A model generated the notes under the pieces. That model saw only the letters and a list, made by a program, of their open reading frames with translations. It did not search any database and had not been told where the DNA came from. A program made the position numbers and the translations under genes. Source: Chiloscyllium plagiosum (lineage: Eukaryota). Taken from it: 64,000 bases of DNA. Each line of letters starts with the position of its first letter. Position 1 is the stretch's first letter. The DNA lies in contig NC_057719.1 in assembly GCF_004010195.1 (NCBI RefSeq), positions 90,378,515-90,442,514 of the forward strand, written 5' to 3'. This document shows positions 1 to 12,422 of this stretch, one piece after another.

Positions 1-213
1 CACACAGGTAGGTGCCTGGAAAAATACTGCCAGTGGAAGTAGACATGTTAACAACATTTAAGGTGTATATTGATAGACATGAGTGGAAGGCAAACAGGGG
101 GATAGAAAGCACGCAAGGGCAAAAGACGCAGGTCTAAATAAGGGTTACTAATCGGTGCAGGCTTGGTAGGCCGCAGGGCCTGTTCCTGTGCTGTGTTGTG
201 TTGTATTATATTC
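1..213 (+). mobile_element. CR1 LINE 3' end fragment
   Basis: Resembles the 3' ends of other CR1 copies here (acaacatttaagg...gggcctgttcctgtgctgt) and ends in a short tandem tail. Confidence 0.7.
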
Positions 214-846
214 TATCAAAATCCCCAACTTGGACGCAAAGGAATGACTTCCGCCCCTTTTTCTTAGGTCTACGTGCACATCTAAACTCTAGAAGAAGAA
301 TTAGGCAATCCAGTCTGAGGGGTTTTTTTTGCTGAAAGAGCTCTGTTACAATTTAAATAAAAGCACAGACCTTTGTATTTCACGAGCATCGTTCATGATC
401 CGAGAACATTCCTAAGTGCTTTGCAGCACTGTCTAGGACACCAAGAGTGGATGCCAAGAGTTGTGAACTTGGAGAAATCTGCTTCCCATAACCTTTCAAT
501 GCCTATTATCCCGAGAAATTAACCCAAATGCTAACCTTTTAAGAACAAACCAATTATTAATTAGCTTCTAACCAAATGTATCCATTTGTTTATGCCCAAC
601 TTTATGATGTACAGTTCACTATTAACTACACAAACTTTGTAAACATTGTTATATACACTGCTGTTTCTAATTCTATCCGAAAGGTTTAAGAGACAGGATT
701 GGATTTTTTTCATCAGTTTGAAAAATTAGATAAATAGTTGAGAAGTTTTTTTTTAAAATGTTAAAGCCTGGCAAAGTGCTGGAAAGACAAATTGACTATA
801 CATGACCCATTTATAGCACCTGCCTTCATTCTCTCTGCCAATGCAA

Positions 847-1579
847 CGCCCCTGGTGCTCACCTTCCACCCTACCAAATCATCCGCCGACATTTCCGCCA
901 CCTCCAAACAGACCCCACCACCAGGGATATATTTCCCTCCCCACCGCTTTCCGCTTTCCACAAAGACTGTTCCCTCCGTGACTACCTGGTCAGGTCCACG
1001 CCCCCCTACAACCCACCCTCCCATCCTGGCACTTTCCCCTACCACCGCAGGAACTGTAAAACCTGCGCCCACACCTCCTCCCTCANNNNNNNNNNNNNNN
1101 NNNNNNNNNNNNNNNNNNNNNNNNNNNNNNNNNNNNNNNNNNNNNNNNNNNNNNNNNNNNNNNNGCCTTGGAACACTTCAACCCCAGGGCATCAATGTGG
1201 ACTTCAACAGTCTCCTCATTTCCCCTTCCCCCACCTCATTCTAGTTCTAAACTTCCAGCTCAGCACTGTCCCATGACTTGTCCGGAGTTGTCCTACCTAT
1301 CTCCTTTTCCACCTATCCACTCCACCCTCTCCTCCCTGACCTATCACCTTCATCCCCTCCCCCACTCACCCATTGTACTCTATGCTACTTTCTCCCCACC
1401 CCCACCCTCCTCTCGCTTATCTCTCCACGCTTCAGGCTCTCTGCCTTTATTCCTGATGAAGGGCTTTTGCCTGAAACGTCGATTTCAAAGCTCCTTGGAT
1501 GCTGCCTGAACTGCTGTGCTCTTTTAGCACCACCAATCCAGAATCTGGTTTCCAGCATCTGCAGTCATTGTTTTTACCT
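847..1579 (+). mobile_element. Penelope-like element (GIY-YIG), 3' part with pseudo-LTR; spans assembly gap 1086-1164
   Basis: Encodes LGTLQPQGINVDF, the C-terminus seen in the other GIY-YIG copies; terminal repeat with hammerhead motif; flanking duplication CAATGCAA at 839-846 and 1580-1587. Confidence 0.9.
1449..1484 (+). ncRNA. Minimal type I hammerhead ribozyme motif in PLE terminus
   Basis: attc-CTGATGA-a-GGGC tttt GCCT-GAAAC-GTC-gatt; hammerhead core boxes around a stem II hairpin. Confidence 0.7.
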
Positions 1580-2087
1580 CAATGCAAAATGGAGTAAATA
1601 ATAACAATAACATCTGCAAAATGCATCACAAATTTAAGGTAGTCGCTAATGAATCTCAAAAGGATTCTGGAGAATGTTTCTTCCCCCAGAGTGTGCTTGA
1701 CAGGTGCAATTCACTACTGGAATGTAGTGGTAAATAGCCCAGATGTATTTAAAATACATTAGAAAAAGAGAGGTAAAAGCTTCTAAATAAGGTTAAATTA
1801 TATGAAACAGCATTCATGGAACTGCAAAAGGATAGTATACTGGTAGAGCAAGGAATTTGGAAATCTAATAGAGTGCGATCGTTTATTGCAAGGGGAACGG
1901 AATACAAATACAGTATGCAGCATTGGTTTCCTTATTTAAGGAACATTGGAGATGGTTCAGAGAAAGTTTATTAGATTGATGCCTTGTGTGGAAAGGTTAG
2001 ACAGTCTGGGCATGCATCCATTGGAGTTTAGAAGACCAAGAGATGAATTGAAACATATAAAGATCCTGAGGAGTGGTTGACAGAGTA

Positions 2088-4247
2088 TAGGAAGTCCCCG
2101 AGTTATGAAAGCTCATACTTTCGAACCAACCCCAACAAAACCTATTAACCCAGTTACAAACAATGGTTTGTACTACAAACAGGTGGACTACAGTATCTGT
2201 ACGCACTGTGTGCTCAAAATACTGCATCTTTTCAGCGGATCATCAGCCTGCCATCATCGCCATACCGCCGTCACCATTTTAAGTCATGCATTTGTCCTCA
2301 TAATCATGGCTTTAAAGCTTAAATCTGATGCAAGCAGTAGAAAAGGAAAACAATCACAATTGAAAGGAAAGTGGAAAAAATAAAGCGATCAGAGAGAGGT
2401 GAAATGCCACCAAACACTGGAAAAACGTTAGGCTACAGTCGGTCAATGATCGGGACAATTATAAAGGACAAGGGGACAGTAACGTAGCATGTAAAAGCCT
2501 CAGTCCCAATGAAAATGACAACTATCACAAAGTAACAGAGTGGTTTAATTGTTGAAATGGAAAGGCTATTGGTAATTTGGTTAGAGGATCAAAATCAGCG
2601 TAATATTCCTTTTAGCCTTGGCTTAGTGCAAGGACAGGCTCGAGGCCTTTACAGTGATTTAACAGCTGCACGTGCAGCAAGTGAAAGTGCTTGTGATAAA
2701 GAATTTGCTGCGAGTAGGGATTGGTTCAACCATTTCAAAGGAAGGGTAAATTTGCACAATATTAAAGTGCAAGGTGAAGCAGCGAGTTCCGATGTAAGTG
2801 CTGCAAGAGTGTTTCCTGAAACGTTTAATAAAATTATTGAGGAGGGAGGTTATGTGCCTGAGCAAATATTTAATGTAGGCGAGACCAGCTTATTTTGGAA
2901 AAGAATGCCTGAAAGGACATGCATTTCAAAAGAGGAAAAATCTGCTCTCGGGCATAAGGCATCCAAGGAGAGGCTAACAATTTGCTTCGTGGGTAACGCA
3001 TCTGGGGATTGCAAGCTTAAGACTATGCTTGGGTATGCTCCCTAAATACGAGGGCACTTAAACAGATCATCAAGGCATCTCTGCCTGTTATTTGGAAGGC
3101 AAACACAAAAGCTTAGGTAACAAAAGCTCTCTTTGAAGACTGGTTCCTGAACTTTTTTGTTCCTGGTGCTAAATGTAACTGCTTGGTCAAGCAGATTTAT
3201 TTCAAAATTCTTCTTGTGCTCGAGAATGCCCCGGGACTTCCAAGCACTTTAGGTGACCTTCACACCAATGTAATGGTTGTCTTTTTATCACCCAACACCA
3301 CATCACTACTTCAGCCAATGGATCAGGCAATCATAGCCTCCTAAAATGCTTACTATTTACACTGGACCTTCTCACAAATGGTCAGGGCTACCCAAGATGA
3401 CTTAAAGGAGTTCTGGAGGAATTACAGCATCTACGATGGCATCAAAAACATTGAGAGGGAGTGAAGAATATTAACATGAAAGGAGTCTGGAACAAATTGT
3501 GCCCCCAATGCGCATATGGTTTTACAGAGTTTAGAGGTAAGGACATTGCCAAAGCCAGGTAAGCTTTGGTTGATACTGGTAACAAGCAACTGCAGTTAAA
3601 CATCAATGAATATCATATCTTAGACTTGCTTCAATCCCATGCTGAAGAACTGACCAGTGAGGACCTTATGGAGCTGCAGCAGCAGATGATAGCATTTGAG
3701 GAAGGACCTAGAAACCCCAGGATCCAAGAGGTTTTTGATGAAGAAGTTAGCTGAAGTCTTTCAGCTCATTGAGGCAGGGATGGAAAAGTGAAAGGAGCAA
3801 GATCCTAATACAGAGAGGTTCACCAAAGTTTACCAGACAGTTACTGACGGCCTCAGCTGCTACAAGGCCATTTATAACGAGAAAAAGAAAAGCTCTGTTC
3901 AAGCCACTCTTGATGTTTACTTTAAGGAATTGATTCAGCACCAGGCCCATCCTCTCCAACACCACACCCGTCATCCAATTAAAAAGTCATCTTAATTGTT
4001 AATTGTTATTCTAGTATACAAGACATTGACTGGAACAAAGGTAAGTGTTATGTTTTCATTATTTGCTTTTCTATCCAAACAATTTAAGAAATGTTTCTTT
4101 AATGTTTTAGGTAAAATATATACTAAGACAAACATTTGACTAATTGATGTTAGATGTGAACCATACATAGCTCTTCCAACTTACATATAAGTTCGACTTA
4201 CGTACAGCCTTAAGAACAGAACTCGTTTGTAGACTGGGAACTTCCTG
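2088..4247 (+). mobile_element. Tigger/pogo-family DNA transposon, full length, degenerate
   Basis: TA on both flanks (2086-87, 4248-49); imperfect TIRs taggaagtccccgagttatgaa / tttgtagactgggaacttcctg; interrupts an old CR1 fragment (about 1850-2087 and 4248-4570). Confidence 0.93.
2306..3930 (+). pseudogene. pogo/Tigger transposase pseudogene (CENP-B HTH + DDE_1), with stops and frameshifts
   Basis: ORF 2557-3045 MERLLVIWLEDQ...FAASRDWFNHFK...QIFNVGETSLFWKRMPERT...KERLT; downstream LENAPG and LLQPMDQ motifs in shifted frames. Confidence 0.9.
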
Positions 4248-4689
4248 TACACGTAGTGAGTGTGCTTCCTCTCCGAAAATCCAGAACTCAGTGTCACTGT
4301 TTCAAACTAAGAGGTTGCCCATTGAAGACAGAGTTGAAACAATATTGTTTTCTCACAGAGAAAAGTCTTTGGAACTTTCTTCCTAAACACAGTGGAAGCA
4401 GAACTTCTAAATGCTTTAAGGGAGAGGTGGACAGATTGCTGTTAAGCAAGGCGTGAAAGGTTATCGGGTATAAGTGGGAATGTGGATTTATAGTTACAAT
4501 CAGATCAGCCACGATCTCATTAAATAGTGAAATGGTTGTGCAAGACCAAATGCTCCTGCCCCTTGCTCATATGATTTCACCCACTCACCATATCTCCTGA
4601 TGCAGTTAATTCTCTGAAAGTGAACTTTTTGAAACATTTTATGAACTAATCCAATGCTCATGAATACCAGGCTTCACTCACAAATATAG

Positions 4690-5110
4690 TCCTACTAACC
4701 AGAACTATAGCCCAGTGAGCTTTGCGTCAGTGCTGGGTACAGTTGTTGGAGGGGATTCTGAGGGACAGCATTTACATGCATCTGGAAAAGCAAAAATTCA
4801 TTAGGGATAGTCAACATGGCTTTATGTAGGGGAAATCATGTCTCACTAAGTTGATTTTTGAAGACATGACAAAGATGATTAATAAAGGCAGAGTGGTAGA
4901 TGCTATGTGGACTTCAGCAATACATTGGACAAGATTCCACACAGGAAATAATGGAGACGGGTACAATACAATATTTAAAAACAGCTGGAAGGGTTTACAG
5001 CATTATGGGTCGAGTGCTGGCAGATGGGACGAGGTCAGTTTGGGATGTATGGTTGCTGCAAATAAGTTGGATCAAAGGATCATTTTGCATGTATATAAAT
5101 CTATGTCTCT
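4690..5110 (+). mobile_element. CR1 LINE internally deleted fragment
   Basis: RT-region sequence (agggatagtcaacatggcttt) joined to a CR1 3' tail. Confidence 0.75.
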
Positions 5111-5246
5111 GAGTACTGGCACAAGCACAGACCAACTAGGCCAAATGGCCTGGGACTGGTTATATACTACAAATTCCAAGAAAAACAGCATACAAACCTC
5201 ATGTCAAAGCCAAAGGAGGTGTTCTGTCACAAAACACTTTTCTCAC

Positions 5247-5370
5247 CTGCTTGACTCTTCTTCCCTTTGAATACATGTAAAATATTAAGAACATGGGATT
5301 CCACAAAAAACATTAATAGAACATGTTGTGGAACTGCTGAATCATAGATCAGAAAGATCTCTTGTTTGAC
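5247..5370 (-). CDS. Candidate exon (124 nt) of unidentified host gene
   Basis: Acceptor ttcttttattggtacctatttcacAG and donor CAG|GTGAGA; open in phase 0 (VKQEIFLIYDSAVPQ...); if entered in phase 2 from 6144 it gives RSNKRSF-stop. Confidence 0.4.
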
Positions 5371-6143
5371 CTGTGAAATAGGTACCAATAAAAGAACGAA
5401 ATTGTATCTAACCAATTATCGCTGCAGGAAGTGTGCATGGGGGAGGGGGGGGGGGGGGGGGGAAAGAGCAGGAAGCACACAATAGTGCACTTCAAAGCTG
5501 GTTAGCTTACTTTGTTCTGTATTGACAGATACGCCACAAATTTGAGAGAGAGAAAAAAGCTTTGTACTGTTCATAATCACACAATAAACAAGCTCAGATT
5601 GCAAAATGCCTACATCATTCATGCTTACAAATATATACAAATTAGGGCTCAGAGTCATGACAGCGCAAGTCAAACAATTTGTTTGCTGCACCGATCATAG
5701 ACATGATTCAAATTTCCTTTCCAAGCTCTAAGTCTTGCACTCAAAAGGTTTCACATATTTGACACCTAACTTTGAAGCAAATGATGTTATGAATCTCATT
5801 TCTTTCTTATGGAGGATCTTGTGATACACCCAGAAACATAAACATTTTGCTGTTTTATTGTCAGAACAAATTTGCCTCAAAATTGGATCAAATTTACAAG
5901 CGCACAAATTAATTATTCAGAAAAGGTCAAATTCAGCTGACCTAATTCAACATTAATGATGAAATCTTCTGAAAATGGCAACATGCAATTAAACAAACTA
6001 ACATTATTCTAATTCAATTTACATAGATCCGTCCTGACAGAGGAGCTCTGTATATTTTCACGTAAGTTAACTGTGCTCTCATTACGACATCTACAATAAA
6101 TCAATAATCCACAGGTTCACACATCAAATTCTACATGAGTCAC

Positions 6144-6263
6144 CTTTCTTCCTTGATACCAGCTTCGCTGCGCACACCCTGATGTGCCACGTCAACCCTG
6201 ACCTTTTTTTTGGGCAGGAATTTTGCCAATGGTGTATTTAGCATTTCTAATTCATCGTACAAG
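6144..6263 (-). CDS. Candidate coding exon (120 nt, phase 2-2) LYDELEMLNTPLAKFLPKKKVRVDVAHQGVRSEAGIKEE
   Basis: Pyrimidine tract tctttctctctgtcttaactttgaAG; donor AAG|GTGACT; only one open frame; non-repetitive sequence. Confidence 0.5.
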
Positions 6264-6629
6264 CTTCAAAGTTAAGACAGAGAGAAAGATTTCGTTCCTG
6301 GGCTGTTTTAACATTTCCTTTTCAACTGCAGACTAAAATTACTGAGGAGATTCAAGCTCAGATACTGCAGTCTGATCTCTTCTTCCAGATCTATACAAGC
6401 ACGAGAATGCTGTATTGAAGCTAAACGTACAGTTCTATTACATAGTGATAACTATTAACTTGGACTAACTTCCCAAAGATAATGTACACAAAATACGTAT
6501 CCAATAATCCACTGCATATCTAATGCATAGCAAAGCAGCAAGTCCAGCTGCATAGGTCAAACAAATTTCAGCACTCCCTGCATATGAAAAGAATCTGACA
6601 AGTTTCCTACTAAGTAACAGACATTGGGA

Positions 6630-7040
6630 GTGCGTTGCTGGAAAAGCACAGCAGGTCAGGCAGCATCCAAAGAGCAGGAGAATTTTGCATAAGCACTTCA
6701 TCAGGAATCTGGCTGAAGAGCTTCAGGGCAGGGATGACCTGAGGGGGTGCAGTGAGAGGGAGACTCACTGAGATTCTTGGAGAGAAAGGAGAACTTCTTC
6801 AGGGTAAGCATCCTTGGAAGAGGCTTCACAATAAGGTTAAAATCAACTAGGAGAAAGTGAGGACTGCAGATGCTGGAGATTAGAGTCAAGATTAGAGTGG
6901 TGCTGGAAAAGCACAGCAGGTCAGGCAGCTTCCTTCATCAAGAGATCTTTTGCCTGAAACGTCGATTTTCCTGCTCCTCGGGTGCTGCCTGACCTGCTAT
7001 GCTTTTTCAGAACTACTCTAACCTTGACTTCATCAGGAAC
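6630..7040. mobile_element. Composite of Penelope-like termini, including 5' ORF start and an inverted-repeat end
   Basis: Terminal-repeat sequence ctggaaaagcacagcaggtcaggcagc occurs twice in one orientation and once inverted; TTCATCAGGAA at 6697-6707 and 7029-7039. Confidence 0.8.
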
Positions 7041-7715
7041 AGACATGCCCATTTCAGCTTCAAGTTCTAATGAATGCATGTGCAAAGAAATTTCAGAGCA
7101 AATAATTTGCCTCACATAATCGATGTATTACAGAAATAGATTGTGGAGACTTGGAGGCAGGTGAGCAGACACTGGGAGTCTTGTGACATTCACAAGAGCA
7201 GCTCTGCCTGCTGGGCACTGTAATATGACCAGCATTCCAACACACATGCCAGCACTCAGGAAAAACAGATACGTTTACCTACAGGTATAAGCATCAAGGC
7301 ATCCTTAAGATAACTGTTTCGGGAAACATTACCAAACATTAAGAGATTTATCAACATCTATTCTTCTAATTCTCAAAATGAGAGAAGTTGAAATCTGCAA
7401 ATCAAAATGATGCATGCCCAAGTTGCTAATTTTAGATTCTATAGCTTGTTGGCAGGGGACAGCAAAGCTTTAAATATTTACATTTAAGTTAGCAGGAGTG
7501 AGCATTCCACCCTGAAGAACTCTTGCAGCAAGGTATCCAGCACTTAAGTGATGTTTGGCAGGTGTCAAACCAAATATCAGTGAGTAGGTTATTGATGAGC
7601 AAGGACCACGCGATAACATCTTCAACACCTTCAATCACTTTGCTGAGAAGAGTAGTCTCAAGGATAGAATTGGTTTGAATGGTGTTACGGATGAGAGCAA
7701 AGCCCCTCAATATAT

Positions 7716-8261
7716 ATTATGATAAACTGGATCCTAACTTTTTCCTATTTTAAAGGTAAATGTAAGGCGTTATGTTCTCATGCAAATCAGTTGGTCAAAC
7801 TATCTGGTTTGAAACAAAATACACTTTGTTCATACACTATAATCAAAATACAGACAAAATAAAAAAGGAAGAACTGGATGAACTGTAACTTTATCAAAAT
7901 AATTTATAGTAATTAATATAAATATTAACTATTTCAATATAGTAACATCCCATAAACATACCCTTAGCAAAGGAAAACTCAGTAAAATAGATCTCACGTG
8001 CAATTCTGGAAGCAGGAGGAGAACCTCAGCTTTTAGCGAGCAGAAAAAGAGCTTCACATTCCACCCTCAAGACCGCAGCAACTGGTGAAATTTAAAAGCT
8101 AAAAAAATCCTGGTTATGTAGGAGCTCGACCCCAGCCATTCAGGCCACTCCTACTGTTCCAACTTTTAACAAAAAAAACTAGGCCTCACATGCTGTCCCA
8201 ACTTCTCTTCATTAAAAAACAGGTCAAAATACACCTCTTAAAGCCAGATGGTGTCATCACA
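7716..8261 (-). mobile_element. 3' LTR of Gypsy element
   Basis: On the minus strand a polypurine tract AAAAGGGGGAGG is followed directly by TGTGATG; ends ...atcataata (decayed CA); 3' part resembles the solo LTR at 38949-39568. Confidence 0.75.
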
Positions 8262-10790
8262 CCTCCCCCTTTTGAAAGTTACCTATAAACAAAAATGGCT
8301 TCATTTTTAAAATCCTTTACACTATTAATACATTACAACATACATTACATTGACTCTAAGCATGGAAACATTGATTATTTCAGTCTGACATTTTTTCTTG
8401 CTACCTAACGCCGCTGTCTTTGTTCAAAGTCACAACAATGCATCGGCAATTGTTGATCTTTTGTCCTGCTATATGTATAATTTTCAAATTGAATGACTGC
8501 AATAAACTTAACAATCTGGTATTTTTATCCAGATACTTTTCCAAAAACTTTAAGGGGTTAAAATCAGTATACATATTTGTCTCAGACACACGATTGGCAT
8601 TAGAAATGTTGAAAGTTTGCAATGCCAACACCAAGCTCAAGGTCTCCTTCTCAATTGTGGATTTTTCTCTGCTGATGACTATTCAATTTTCTGGAAAAAT
8701 ACCCAATAAGTCTTTCTATCTTCTTGTTGTCTTCTTGCAAGAGTTCAACACCGACACCCACATCATTCACATCGATACCCACCTTGGTTTTGCATAATTA
8801 GTGTAGCCAAAAATGGGATAGTGCTTAACAGAGCTTTCAAGCTGTCAAATGTCTTCTGACATTTTTCCATCCACTGAAATGTTCTGCACTTCAACAAGTC
8901 AGTCAGTGGAGTAATGAAACTGCTAAAATTCAACACAAACTTCTGATAAAAACTCAGTCTCAGGAACCATAACATTCCCTCTTGAATAAACTTTGGTTTC
9001 ACATCCCATGGGGCCATTTGTCCACTTCCAATAACTTGGACCAGGAACGTGATTTAGGCTTTTGCGAACTCATTCTTAGCCAGGTTTATCACCAAGCCTG
9101 CCTCCCAAAGTCATCTGAACAATTCCAACAGATGCGCCAAATTTTCCTTCCAAGTATGACTAAAAATCACCAGATCATCAATGTACACCATACAAATGGG
9201 TAATCCCAAAATGACTTTATCCGTTAGTCAGATAAATGTACCTGCCAGTATCCTCTGAGTAAATCTAACTTGGAAATATACTTTGCTTGTCTCACCTTCT
9301 CAATACAGTCTTCCAGATGGAGTTTAATTCAGATAAATGTGAGGTGCTGCGTTTTGGCAAAGCAAATCTTAGCAGGACTTATACACTTAATGGTAAGGTC
9401 CGAGGGAGTGTTGCTGAACAAAGAGACCTTGGAGTGCAGGTTCATAGCTCCGTGAAAGTGGAGTCACAGGTAGATAAGATAGTGAAGGCGGCGTTTGGTA
9501 TGCTTCCCTTTATTGGTCAGAGTATTGAGTACAGGAGTTGGGAGGTCATGTTGCGGCTGTACAGGACATTGGTTAGGCCACTGTTGGAATATTGTGTGCA
9601 ATTCTGGTCTCCCTTCTATCAGAAGGACCTTGTGAAACTTGAAAGGTTCCAGAAAAGATATACAAGGATGTTGCCAGGGTTAGAGGATTTGAGCTGGAGG
9701 GAAAGGCTGGGGCTGTTTCCCCTAGAGCGTTGGAGGCTGAGGGCTTAGAGGTTTATAAAATCATGAGGGGCATGGATAGGATAAATCGACAAACTCTTTT
9801 CCCTGGGATGGCAGAGTCCAGAACATAGATTTAGGGTGAGAGGGGAAAGACATAAGAGAGACCTTAGAGGCCACCTTTTCATGCAGAGGATGGTGTGTGT
9901 GTGGAATTAGCTGCCAGAGAAAGTGGTGGAGGCTGGTACAATCGCAACATTTAAAAGGCATTTGGATGGGTATATGAATAGGAAGGGTTTGGAGGGATAT
10001 GGGCCAGGTGCTGGCAAATGGGACTCGATTAGGTTGGGATATCTGGTCGGCATGGACGAGTTGGACTGAAGGGTCTGTTTCTGTGCTGTACATCTCGATG
10101 ACTCTATAAATGTGGAAGAGGATATGAATAACTGAATTGATTTTACAATAGTCCACACATTGGGCACTACCTGGTTTTGACACCATGACTATGGGTTAGC
10201 TCCATCTGCTGCAACTCACTTTGATTATATTGTCTTTGAGAATGTGTTCAATCTCTTTTGGAACCTGTGCCAACTCAGAGGTTGAAGTCTAAGGATGTTG
10301 CTTAATTGGAACAGTATTTCCTTTTTCTACATTGTGGGTGTAAGCTGGGAAGTAGTAATTTCATGACGTACAAAACTCTCCATGTGATTGTATTAACTCT
10401 TTTAGGTCATTTTGATTTCCCTGTGGAATGTAACTTAATAACTTATCCCCAATTTTGAGACCTTCTTCACTATCCAATTTAATTAAGGAATGACCAAATC
10501 AAAACCATTGGAAATTGGTTCTTCATTCTGTGCTGTAATCAGTAACATATTCTCCTCTGGCTTTCCCTCCCAAAAGACCTTTTGACCATATTCACATGAC
10601 ACACGGATTTCTTCTTTTATAGCATTGTTATCAAATAATTCACTTCACTAAATTTCTTTTCAATTTGATCAGGCTCACTACATCTAGCTGTTAAAGATTT
10701 CCCTACCACTGGGAGTAACATGAACACTATCTCCATGAGCAAAATTACAAATTAAGATATCTGTCTGATTTCTGTTTTATGATATGATTC
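8262..10790 (-). mobile_element. Gypsy LTR retrotransposon internal region (integrase C-terminus, RT, RNase H; Gmr1-like order), degenerate, 5' truncated
   Basis: RNase H LVLALQ..YTDFNPLKFL..LLQSFNLKIIHIAG (8401-8640); connection FVLNFS..PLTDLLK..FQW (8763-9017); RT EDCIEKVRQAKYISKLDLLRGYWQ (about 9240-9314); integrase GPY/F-like tail at about 10580-10735. Confidence 0.88.
9315..10107 (+). mobile_element. CR1 LINE 3' fragment inserted in Gypsy RT
   Basis: ORF 9287-9748 QMEFNSDKCEVL...LYRTLVRPLLEYCVQFWSP; intact 3' tail; Gypsy RT motif YSYPLP|EDCIEKV is split on either side. Confidence 0.95.
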
Positions 10791-11878
10791 TGGGTACCCT
10801 AAAATGGAGGATTGGGAAAAAATGTGGCTGTAGGAGCTGCTCCTTTTTTGGAGGTATTTCCAATGTTGAAGCCGATTTCCTCAAATTCTAGGACCAGTAA
10901 TCACTGTTTTATAAGGTTTGCATCGTTTTGAAACTTTGGGGAAAAAGATCAAAACAACAGCACTTTAAAAAGGGAGGAAGACAGATGAAGCTGGTGACCA
11001 CATTGGAAGTGAATCAAAGGAGAAATATGGTCTGACCCAGCAGTGAATCTGCACAGCTGACTACTCTGCTGATTGATTTCAAGTATTACTGGACAAAGGC
11101 ACTGTCTAAGAAAAATTAACATGTGGCAAAACTCTCAGCTGATCTTGGAGAAACCTGTATCTTAGAGCTCACAGCAGGGCAGTAGCTAAGTGGCTAGTTT
11201 TAAAGTGCAACCTTACTTTTCTTGTAAATCTACAATAGTGAGTAGAGTGGGTTCCATTTAATGATATGTTTTATTGAGATCTGTCCCTTGATTAAACTTT
11301 AAACTATAAAATATATGTACTAGGTGAGCCTGGAGCAGTGGTTTTTAAGAATAGTAAGACTGCGCTATATCCTAAGACTATAGATTGTTAAGGAGTAAAG
11401 GTGACCTTTAACAGAGTGATATGCTCTTCTTGTTAGATGTGGGAGAGTAGGTAGAGTTTTCATGTTACTGATGATTATATCGACAGGAAGTATGTTTGGC
11501 TGCAAACCCTATCAGGTCGCATGGATCAGTTAGTGCGGCAGTTACAAGCAATGAGGAATTTATAGAAGCGAGGGTGTGGGATGGATGGCAGTTGCAGGAA
11601 GAGAGATAAAGCAGACAGACAGTCAGGTAGATGGGTTACCTCCAGGAAAGATAGTAGAGGAGGCCGGTCATGCAGGAGTCTTCTGTGGCTATCCCCATTT
11701 TAAACAGTTATGCTGTTTTGGAAAGTGTAGGGGGTGATGGACCCTCAGCGGAATGTAGCATTAACAGCCACGTTTCTGGTAATGAGACTGAGTCTAATGT
11801 TACAAGGAGTATATCAGGTTCCAAGCAATCCATTGTGATAGGGGACTCTCTAGTCAGGTAAGATAGATGAACTCAGGG

Positions 11879-12422
11879 TGACGTCCCACTCCCCCCTCAA
11901 TCGAAGCAAGATGCTCAGAGACACTGTATAGTTTTAACTCCATCTTTATTCCAGGCCCTGGAGGGGAGAGAATGATGGCCCACATGCACAGGGACATGAG
12001 TTCACAGTTTTTCTCTGGAATAGCAGTTTCTCAGTGAACTATTTAATCATTTTACAGGGAGGAGCATAAAGATAAAACAAGATACATATTAATTGTGTGA
12101 CCGTTGCAATCAGCAAACGTCAACAGCAAAAATTAAGCCATCTGCTGTTACACACAATGTTCTTAACCTTGTTAACTGGATTCATACAATGGATACTTTC
12201 CCCCTTGTTAGCTGACCTTGCATACTGAATGCTTCCAATATTGTCAAATGGTTCTACATAATGACTGCTTTTTGACCTTGCTAACCATTACCTTGCCTCC
12301 AGCACCCCATTGTTAACTACAAGTTCTTATCTGATCTGAGTCAAGCTCAGCTGAACCTTTTGTTTTACAAAACTTAAAACGTAACTCTTTTCCTACCTGC
12401 TCATACCTGATACACATTCTCA
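11879..12422 (-). mobile_element. Solo LTR, family A copy 1
   Basis: TG...CA ends; 4-bp TSD AGGG (11875-78, 12423-26); AATAAA on the minus strand; homologous to 47163-47784 and 54338-54873. Confidence 0.9.

Noticed and set aside
5440..5462. Poly-G run (also about 24024-24044)
   Set aside because: Simple homopolymer; no evidence of function
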